Assembly: GCA_903821355.1 (NCBI GenBank)
Contig: CAIJKW010000022.1
Span: 423-64,422 of the forward strand
DNA from: an uncultured bacterium
Lineage (GTDB): Bacteria; Patescibacteriota; Minisyncoccia; Phycocordibacterales; CAIZLB01
DNA: 64,000 nucleotides
Reading direction: 5' to 3'
Positions 57,374 to 64,000 of this stretch are shown here, one piece after another (position 1 is the first letter of the stretch; the number at the start of each line of letters is the position of its first letter). Below the pieces are notes generated by a model. It made no database searches. It had not been told where the DNA came from and saw only the letters and a program-made list of their open reading frames with translations. The position numbers were made by a program, and so were the translations under genes.

Positions 57374-57994
57374 ATGAATACCTTTTCCAAAATAACACAA
57401 TTCTTCGCTTGGTTTATCATATTAGGCATCTCAAGGCCTTTTTTCAAAATTGAGTTTAAAAATAGACAGAATTTAATTGGAGTTAAAGCCCCTGCAATTT
57501 TAGTATCTAACCATATCAGATTTTACGATAGTTTCTTATACAGAATCGCCGTCGGTCTATTTTCTCCACTTTCTCCACTTAGATTCATGGGTGTAAAGAG
57601 ATTTTATAACCCAGTACTTAATTTCTTGGCTAAGGTTGGTGTTGTACAAGTTATATATTTTTTAATGGGAGTCGTAACTGTTGTAACAGGACAAGGGGTA
57701 AGCAAAAATCTTGAAGGCGCAAAGAAGGCGCTTAGAGGCGGAGCGGTAATTGCAATGTTTCCTGAAGGTAGAATGTATTACGATGATACTGTCGGTCCAT
57801 TCAAGTGGGGAGCTGCAATTCTTGCAGAAGAAACTGATGCATCGTTAATTCCTTTTGCGATTAGAAAGCAAGGAAGGAGAGTTATAATTAATATTGGAAA
57901 GACTTTCGACATCGATAAACAAAAAGGTCCAACTGAAAATACAGAAATTATTAGAGACGTCGTTGTTAAATTGTTTAACGAAATTAGGTTTTAG
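57374..57994 (+). CDS. plsC: 1-acyl-sn-glycerol-3-phosphate acyltransferase (PlsC family)
   Basis: VSNHIRFYDSF (HX4D), FPEGRM and VIPF acyltransferase blocks. Confidence 0.7.
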   Translation: MNTFSKITQFFAWFIILGISRPFFKIEFKNRQNLIGVKAPAILVSNHIRFYDSFLYRIAVGLFSPLSPLRFMGVKRFYNPVLNFLAKVGVVQVIYFLMGVVTVVTGQGVSKNLEGAKKALRGGAVIAMFPEGRMYYDDTVGPFKWGAAILAEETDASLIPFAIRKQGRRVIINIGKTFDIDKQKGPTENTEIIRDVVVKLFNEIRF

Positions 57995-58009
57995 GTTTAT
58001 AATCAAAAT

Positions 58010-59398
58010 ATGAAAATAGAAACGCATTCAAGGTGTGTAAAAATATCCTACGGTTTGTTAAGAAGAATAGTGGCCGTCTTTATGAAGGTCTTTCTTCTTA
58101 AAAAGACATCGGGATTCGAGAATTTTCCAAAGAACGGCCCGGCAATAATAGCGATGAACCATCAAAGCTTTTTTGACTTCTTGTCAGTAGCTGCGGTTGC
58201 GCCAAGGAACATACACTTTTTAGCAGCAGAAAAGTTTTTTGAAAATAAATATTGGAGGATATTAATGATAGCGACAGGACAAATTAAAGTTGATAGAAAA
58301 GCAGAAGATAAAACAAAGTCACTTCAAGGTATAAAAAATCATCTTGAAGCGAAGACTTTGGTAGGTATTTTTCCCGAAGGAACTAGGTCTCATTTAAAAG
58401 ATGAGATGCTCAAGGCTTTTACTGGAATAGCAAAATTTGCTCTAGAAAACAAAGTGCCGATAATTCCAGTTGGAATAACTGGTACTGACGAAGTCATGTC
58501 GAAAGGAGATAAAAAACCTAAAATTAAAAAGGTTATAGAAATTCACGTTGGGAAGCCAATGCATTTTGAAAAGTATTATGGAAAACAAGATGAAAAGGAA
58601 ATTTGTACTTTTGTCACAGAAAGAGTGATGATGGAAATAGAAAAATTGTCTGGAAAAAAATATCCTCACTGCGAGTCTCAAATGCATAACGAGTTTTGTG
58701 ATAAAAAAGTTGCTTTAATAGACTTAGATGGAACTTTGACAAAGGATCAAACTCAAAGACTTTTTATAAAACATCTTAAAGAAAATAAATATTTAACTAG
58801 AAAAGACCTATTTTTAATATATGTATGGTTTATTTTATATAAAACAGGGCTAGTAAGTAACCCAAGAAAAGCTTTGGGGTTCATTTTAAAGAAATTTATT
58901 AAAAAAAATATTTCAATAATTGAAGGTGAAGTAAATGACTTTTACGATAAAACATACAATGATAATTTGTACAAACAATCTTTAAGTCTTTGTGAAAGCT
59001 TGAAAAATGAAGGGTATTATACAATATTGACCTCTGCAGCAGTTCATCCAATCGTCAAAAAATTTGCCAATAAATTAAATTTTGATGATTATATATCCAC
59101 AGAGCTGGAAGTAAAAGAAAACATGTTAACAGGCAAGATTAAAGGGGAAGAGCATCACGGCATAAAGAAAGTTCACGCAATCTCCAATTATTTTTGTGAT
59201 AAAAAAATTAATCCAAAACAAATAATAGCTGTTAGCGATCATCATTCTGACATTCCATTATTAAATTATGCTGATTATGCAATATCTGTTAATCCAAATA
59301 AAAAACTGTTGAAATACTCTAATAAAAATAACACACCCGTGTTATACTTAAATAACGATGAACTTTTTCAGTATATCAAGTTTAATATTATCAATTAG
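58010..59398 (+). CDS. Bifunctional lysophospholipid acyltransferase (PlsC-like) / HAD-IB-like hydrolase fusion
   Basis: N-terminus AMNHQSFFDF (HX4D) and FPEGTRS. C-terminus VALIDLDGTLTKDQ (HAD motif I DxDGT) and a downstream AVSDHHSD block. Confidence 0.6.
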   Translation: MKIETHSRCVKISYGLLRRIVAVFMKVFLLKKTSGFENFPKNGPAIIAMNHQSFFDFLSVAAVAPRNIHFLAAEKFFENKYWRILMIATGQIKVDRKAEDKTKSLQGIKNHLEAKTLVGIFPEGTRSHLKDEMLKAFTGIAKFALENKVPIIPVGITGTDEVMSKGDKKPKIKKVIEIHVGKPMHFEKYYGKQDEKEICTFVTERVMMEIEKLSGKKYPHCESQMHNEFCDKKVALIDLDGTLTKDQTQRLFIKHLKENKYLTRKDLFLIYVWFILYKTGLVSNPRKALGFILKKFIKKNISIIEGEVNDFYDKTYNDNLYKQSLSLCESLKNEGYYTILTSAAVHPIVKKFANKLNFDDYISTELEVKENMLTGKIKGEEHHGIKKVHAISNYFCDKKINPKQIIAVSDHHSDIPLLNYADYAISVNPNKKLLKYSNKNNTPVLYLNNDELFQYIKFNIIN

Positions 59399-60944
59399 TA
59401 GTTTAAGTTTTGGACTAATTGTTTATAGAAGTGATGAAAAAAGTAAAATAGCAAAATTTTGGCTATATACTTCTATCATCTTTGCTTTTTGGTCATTTAG
59501 CTTATATGAAGTAACAAAGGCGACAAGTGAAAATGTTGCTTACTTTTGGCAATTTATCTTGGATATTTCAGCTATTATTTTACCTACACTTTATTTTACG
59601 TTTACATCAGAACTTCTTCTATTAAAAAACTATAGGACCAGACATATATTCTATGTTTTATCATTTTTAACTGGGGTTTTAAGTTTAACAAAATATTTTA
59701 AAGATGGAATGATCATAAGATACGGCTTTTACTGGATTAATCCAGGTCCACTGTATTTTATTTTTCCAATAATGTTTTTTGCTATCGTTACAACTGCAAG
59801 TTTTAATTTAATAAGATCTTACATAAAAAACAAGGATAACCTTATACTAAGAGGTCAGGTAAGAAATACTTTAATTAGTTGTATATTTGGTTTTATAGGA
59901 GGATTCACAAACTTTTTTCCACAACTATTCAATGTGTACCCATTTGGAAACTATTTGGTAATTTTGTTTATAGTGTTTATGGTATACGGAGTTATCAGAT
60001 ATAAATTAGTTTCAGCCAAGGTTGTTTCAGCCCAAATATTCTCAGTTGCTCTTCTAATAATATTCTTATTTAATATTATACGATCGCAAGACCTTAGCGA
60101 TACAATAATAAATATAGTTATTTTCTTATCTTTTATTGTGTTTGGAATACTTTTGATAAAAAGTGTCGATAAGGAAATAGAAACTAGGTTAAAGGTGGAA
60201 AAACTAGCTAAAGAACTCGAGGAAGCCAACGTTCGTCTAAAAGTTCTTGATCAACAAAAGTCTGAGTTTATCTCCCTGGCTTCACACCAACTAAGAGGAC
60301 CGCTAACCGCTATTAAAGGTTATGCTTCAATGGTTCTTGAGGGTGATTTTGGTCTAATCACAGAACCCGTAAAAGAAGCAACGAATAAAATACTTCAATC
60401 AACAAGTGATCTCGTGGTTCTTGTTGGTGATTACCTAGATGTTTCAAGAATTGAACAAGGAAGAATGCAGTACAACTTTGAAAGATTTGATGTAGCGGAG
60501 GAAGTTGAAACTGTTATAACAGAACTTCGTCCAACCATAGAAAAAGCTCACCTTACTGTGTCTTGTGATATCGATAAAAATCTAAATTACACAGTGGATG
60601 GCGACAGAGGAAAGATTAAACAAGTTATTGGAAACCTGATTGATAATTCGATAAAATACACTCCACAAGGAAGTATCCATGTCTGGTTAACCAGAAAAGA
60701 TAATAATAAAATTCTTATCACCATTTCCGATACTGGTGTTGGAATTAAGCCTGAAGTTCTACCAAATCTATTTGAAAAATTCTCAAGAGCACCAGACGCA
60801 TCTAGGACAAATATTTTAGGAACAGGACTTGGGCTATATATTGCAAAGAAGATGATTGAGGCACATCACGGTAGAATTTGGGCGGAATCTGCTGGAGAAG
60901 GTAAGGGTGCATCATTTTTTATTGAACTGGAGGGGATTAACTAG
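59358..60944 (+). CDS. Sensor histidine kinase with N-terminal multi-TM sensing domain
   Basis: Seven or more TM helices. H-box SHQLRGPLTAIKGY. N, G1 and G2 boxes (DNSIKYT, DTGVGI, GTGLGLYIAKKMI). The ORF-track start overlaps the upstream gene by 41 nt; the true start may be later. Confidence 0.8.
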   Translation: MNFFSISSLILSISSLSFGLIVYRSDEKSKIAKFWLYTSIIFAFWSFSLYEVTKATSENVAYFWQFILDISAIILPTLYFTFTSELLLLKNYRTRHIFYVLSFLTGVLSLTKYFKDGMIIRYGFYWINPGPLYFIFPIMFFAIVTTASFNLIRSYIKNKDNLILRGQVRNTLISCIFGFIGGFTNFFPQLFNVYPFGNYLVILFIVFMVYGVIRYKLVSAKVVSAQIFSVALLIIFLFNIIRSQDLSDTIINIVIFLSFIVFGILLIKSVDKEIETRLKVEKLAKELEEANVRLKVLDQQKSEFISLASHQLRGPLTAIKGYASMVLEGDFGLITEPVKEATNKILQSTSDLVVLVGDYLDVSRIEQGRMQYNFERFDVAEEVETVITELRPTIEKAHLTVSCDIDKNLNYTVDGDRGKIKQVIGNLIDNSIKYTPQGSIHVWLTRKDNNKILITISDTGVGIKPEVLPNLFEKFSRAPDASRTNILGTGLGLYIAKKMIEAHHGRIWAESAGEGKGASFFIELEGIN

Positions 60945-60964
60945 CTTAGAATTAAATGTAAAAT

Positions 60965-60993
60965 TTGACAAAGTCTTAAATCGGCAGTATAAA
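60965..60993 (+). promoter_or_regulatory. Consensus-like sigma-70 promoter TTGACA-17nt-TATAAA
   Basis: ttgaca aagtcttaaatcggcag tataaa read directly. Confidence 0.6.
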
Positions 60994-60999
60994 TACTGG

Positions 61000-61229
61000 G
61001 ATTCAGTTCTTTTTATCAATACCACTACGGTATTGAGAGGACTGTTTTAGCTCCATAAATCTGATGCAAACAAAAAAACTGCCTGCATTGGCGAATCGCG
61101 CGTCCGCCCCAATTGGGAGGATTCGCTACGGGAAAAAACCCCGCAAAACTCGCCATTTCTGTGGCTAATCTGAAACCGCCACACCGCCTAGGTCGTGCGT
61201 GCCACCGCGCACGCACGACCATTTTTTTG
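61000..61229 (+). ncRNA. Candidate about 230-nt structured RNA (sRNA or cis-regulatory leader) of unknown family
   Basis: Bounded by the promoter above and a 12-bp-stem terminator. The GC-rich 3' half carries nested helices (gcgaatc...gattcgc enclosing cccaattggg; cggg-aaaaaa-cccg). No convincing ORF. Confidence 0.3.
61192..61229 (+). terminator. Very strong Rho-independent terminator
   Basis: ggtcgtgcgtgc-caccgc-gcacgcacgacc perfect 12-bp stem, then ATTTTTTTG. Confidence 0.85.
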
Positions 61230-61255
61230 CATCAAAACAAAAAACAGTTTTAACC

Positions 61256-62203
61256 ATGAAAACAATACTCGCAATAACACATGTGGATGAAGATATACAA
61301 ATAGAAGAAGTAAGTCGAAATGCAAAGAGGAATAATGTAAAAATTATTCCAATCTGCACTAACACTATCAGCTTTGAAAATGTTGCCCTAATTCAAAATG
61401 GAAGGAAGCCCTATCTTTTGATGGATGGAAAAAGAATTAATCCGTCTGGAATATGGTTTGCTACCTATCCGCGCGAAGACACTCTTTTCCATTCAAAAAT
61501 GAGTAGGTATGAATTTCCAGGGGAATATAGGTCGGCGGTCCTGCAGTTTATAACAGACCTCAGATTTTCTTTTGAAGAACTCCGTTCTTATCCGGGATCC
61601 TTTGAGAACATACTTAGGGCTGACTCAAAACTTAGCCTTTTTAGTCTGGCAAAATCTGTAGGACTCAAAATTCCTCCTCTGACGATGAATTCTAATCTCA
61701 AGACAAAGAAGGGGTTAAATACCTCAAAGCTATACAGAAAGAAACTTGGCTTTCCTTCCATTGTCTCATATTCAAGGTCTTCAAAAGAGGAATGTGTTGT
61801 GACAACGACCAACGGACTTACAACCAAGAATTCTTCTTGTTTATTGTGGCAATGGCAAAGCCCAATAGAGAGTATTGCTCATGTTAGAGGAATACTTGTT
61901 GGAGATCAGGGGTGGTTTGTCGAATGGAACAGAAAATCAGAGACGAAATCACTAGTCGACTTTAGAGAGGCAAATCAGAAGGATGACAATACTTGGCTGG
62001 AGACAAACGTTCCTAAAAATATCCTTCTCAAGCTAAACAAGCTTGTAATCACACTTGGATTAAGTCTGTGTTGCCCAGAATTCCTTATAACCCCTAGTGG
62101 TGAATGGATTCTGATAGACCTAAACCCATGTGGAGACTGGCATGGTTTCTTCCCCGAACAGAGAAGGGTAGAAATCATTCAAAAAATAACTTCCTTATTT
62201 TAA
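61256..62203 (+). CDS. ATP-grasp fold protein (RimK/GshB-like), putative
   Basis: Start chosen at MKTILAITHV, downstream of the terminator. C-terminus CPEFLITPSGEWILIDLNPCGDW resembles the ATP-grasp E-x-N-x-x-P-G block. Confidence 0.5.
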   Translation: MKTILAITHVDEDIQIEEVSRNAKRNNVKIIPICTNTISFENVALIQNGRKPYLLMDGKRINPSGIWFATYPREDTLFHSKMSRYEFPGEYRSAVLQFITDLRFSFEELRSYPGSFENILRADSKLSLFSLAKSVGLKIPPLTMNSNLKTKKGLNTSKLYRKKLGFPSIVSYSRSSKEECVVTTTNGLTTKNSSCLLWQWQSPIESIAHVRGILVGDQGWFVEWNRKSETKSLVDFREANQKDDNTWLETNVPKNILLKLNKLVITLGLSLCCPEFLITPSGEWILIDLNPCGDWHGFFPEQRRVEIIQKITSLF

Positions 62204-62212
62204 CTCAAACCA

Positions 62213-62246
62213 CCGCTGGGGCTTACGCCTCAGCGGTTATCTTTTT
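62213..62246. terminator. Bidirectional terminator overlapping the 3' end of the convergent hydrolase gene
   Basis: ccgctggggc-ttac-gcctcagcgg 10-bp stem (one G-U), then ttatcttttt. Confidence 0.55.
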
Positions 62247-62798
62247 AATATAGTCATCGGTTAGTTCATGTTCTGTGTTTTCTACAGATACAAATTTTCC
62301 TTTGTACAAAGAAGACAATTTCTTAGCTTGAGAGACTGCGATTGGCCAATCTTGATCTCCAAACAAAAATACTGATTCTGACTTAATTTCTTTTGGAATT
62401 GAAATGTTTGAGAACTCTTTAATCCTATTCTTCCCCATAAAATTAATTGCCTCTTTCGGCAAATTTTCTAGGTTTTCTTTAAAGTAAGGTGAGAGTGATG
62501 CTAGTATTATCTTTTTAAATTTATGTTTACTTGATAACACAAGAGCGGTATAAGCACCCATTGAAAAACCTATTATTGTTAAAATCTTAAAATCATAATT
62601 TTTAAATTTTTCATCAAAATCGGCAACCCAATTTTTTATGGTTTTTCTATCCCATATTGGATCATAATTTAAAACTTTCGCACCAAAAGAGCTTATGATT
62701 TTTTTCTTAAGCTCCCGATATTGCTTATCTGAACCACTCTCTCCAAAACCCGGTATTATGACAAATAAAGCATTTTTTTCATTTTCTATTGTATGCAT
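62223..62798 (-). CDS. Alpha/beta hydrolase fold esterase
   Basis: IIGFSMGAYTAL (GxSxG) nucleophile elbow. Asp and His candidates in the C-terminal part. Confidence 0.6.
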   Translation of the reverse strand: MHTIENEKNALFVIIPGFGESGSDKQYRELKKKIISSFGAKVLNYDPIWDRKTIKNWVADFDEKFKNYDFKILTIIGFSMGAYTALVLSSKHKFKKIILASLSPYFKENLENLPKEAINFMGKNRIKEFSNISIPKEIKSESVFLFGDQDWPIAVSQAKKLSSLYKGKFVSVENTEHELTDDYIKKITAEA

Positions 62799-62836
62799 AT
62801 ATGGATTTTAACATAATTCTCTGATAAAATACTCCC

Positions 62837-63790
62837 ATGACTGAAACATCGAAAAAAGTATTATTATCTGGTATACAATCTACCGGTCGTCCTCATATTG
62901 CTAATTATTTTGGGGCGATGAAGCAATATGTTGACTTGCAAGATCAATACGATTCAAAAATCTTTATTGCAGACCTGCATTCATTGACCACTGTTCAAAA
63001 CAAGGAAGAACTTTCACAAAACACTCTTGATCTGGCAATAGATTATTTAGCTGTTGGACTTGATCCAAAAAAAGTTACAATTTTTAAACAATCAGATTTA
63101 CCTGAAGTTACTGAGTTGGCTTGGATTTTTAATTGTATTACAACTGTTCCATATTTAATGCGTGCACACTCTTTTAAAGACGCGGAAGCAAAGAACAAAG
63201 AAATTAATGTCGGCCTATTTGATTATCCAATGCTTATGGCGGCGGATATTCTAATTCACAATTCTGATATTGTTCCTGTTGGCAAAGATCAAAAACAACA
63301 TCTAGAAATTGCTAGGGATACTGCAGAAAAGTTCAATAGAGTTTTTAATACTGATATATTTAAAATGCCAGAACCTTATATCGTTGATTCTGTTGCAATA
63401 GTTCCAGGCATTGATGGGCAAAAAATGAGTAAAAGTTACAACAATCACATTCCACTTTTCTCAACCGATGAAGAAGTCAAGAAGCTTGTAATGTCTATTG
63501 TCACTGACTCCGGAGCTGGTATTCCAGTTAATGTCTATAATATTCACAAATTGTTCAGAGATGAGAAATACTTGGACAAGCTATATAAAGAGCATGAGGG
63601 CAAATATAAGGCCCTAAAAGACGCTTTGGCTGAAGATATTATTGCCTTTATTTCGCCCCTCAGAGCCCGTAGAGAGGAGATTGCCAAAGACCCTGAGGCT
63701 GTACGCGAAATGCTTAAAAACAACGCTAAAAAGCTTAAACTGGAGGTTGATGAAATGATGCAAAAAGTTAGAGAGGCGGTGGGGCTTTAG
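62837..63790 (+). CDS. trpS: Tryptophan--tRNA ligase
   Basis: Class I aaRS. GIQSTGRPHIANYFG (HIGH-like). GKDQKQHLEIARDTAEKFN. KMSKS motif GQKMSKS. Confidence 0.9.
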   Translation: MTETSKKVLLSGIQSTGRPHIANYFGAMKQYVDLQDQYDSKIFIADLHSLTTVQNKEELSQNTLDLAIDYLAVGLDPKKVTIFKQSDLPEVTELAWIFNCITTVPYLMRAHSFKDAEAKNKEINVGLFDYPMLMAADILIHNSDIVPVGKDQKQHLEIARDTAEKFNRVFNTDIFKMPEPYIVDSVAIVPGIDGQKMSKSYNNHIPLFSTDEEVKKLVMSIVTDSGAGIPVNVYNIHKLFRDEKYLDKLYKEHEGKYKALKDALAEDIIAFISPLRARREEIAKDPEAVREMLKNNAKKLKLEVDEMMQKVREAVGL

Positions 63791-64000
63791 GCTATGTGAC
63801 CCCATTTGTTGGGTGGCTCAATATAGCATTTGCACAAAAAGCATGTTCTAATCTTGATACAAGTATAAATTTTTGTGTTCTACTTTTTTGTAGTTTTCTG
63901 ATTAACTTAAATATCATCCTGATATTGTTGATGATTTCGGCATGAAACCAATTATCAATAAAAGAGTTTTTAAAATTCTAAAAATCTTTGGTTTTTCTTT

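Noticed and set aside
59358-59398. 41-nt overlap between the acyltransferase-HAD gene end and the histidine kinase ORF start
   Set aside because: Probably an over-extended ORF-track start for the kinase rather than a real long overlap. True start undetermined, so coordinates kept as given.
61080-61230. Tried to match the GC-rich leader to TPP, SAM-I, T-box, fluoride, ZTP, cobalamin, glycine and c-di-AMP riboswitch consensus
   Set aside because: Only partial or chance resemblances (for example TTATCAA, CACCGCG, AAACCGCC in the wrong order). No full consensus, so left unassigned.
1-64000. Scan for tRNA, rRNA, CRISPR arrays, transposases and integrases
   Set aside because: No T-loop/D-loop-bearing cloverleaf candidates, rRNA-like conserved blocks, regularly spaced repeat-spacer arrays or DDE/tyrosine-recombinase ORFs were recognised by eye. 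tRNA absence is not certain without tRNAscan-SE/Infernal.

Overview
Low-GC (about 33-35% GC), gene-dense bacterial window. Its features (short-form AlaRS, class II ProRS, many S/T/N-rich surface proteins, compact operons) fit a reduced-genome Patescibacteria/CPR-type organism. Core content is housekeeping: the infA-rpmJ-rpsM-rpsK-rpsD-rpoA-rplQ-rplM-rpsI ribosomal cluster, grpE-dnaK-dnaJ, LeuRS, AlaRS, ProRS, TrpRS, MnmA, YchF, PepF, an ECF sigma factor with a cognate membrane partner, two MltG paralogs, three NUDIX hydrolases, two PlsC acyltransferases and a sensor histidine kinase. The most notable accessory segment is 7.1-12.3 kb. A hairpin-rich 500-bp spacer is followed by a Panacea (SocA-like) domain gene, a convergent DUF3800 gene, and a tightly coupled three-gene operon. 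That operon encodes a MazG-like NTP pyrophosphohydrolase, a PD-(D/E)xK nuclease fused to a DUF2075 (Nhi/Schlafen-like) P-loop ATPase, and a DUF45/YgjP-like HExxH hydrolase. I consider it the best candidate for an undescribed anti-phage or nucleotide-targeting system. Other signals: three strongly GC-elevated (about 52-58%) secreted or lipoprotein genes, one preceded by an 11-nt poly-C tract; a tandem-repeat secreted protein with a MopE-like Cys/Asp motif and a peptidoglycan-binding C-terminus, plus a decayed paralog fragment; two promoter-to-terminator non-coding units (60.96-61.23 kb and 12.84-13.0 kb); a miniature promoter-RBS-27-codon-terminator unit at 54.5-54.8 kb; 50-bp iterons in a promoter region; and an FMN-binding/ApbE flavinylation pair. 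I saw no rRNA, tRNA, CRISPR array or transposase by eye; tRNA absence should be confirmed with a covariance-model scan.
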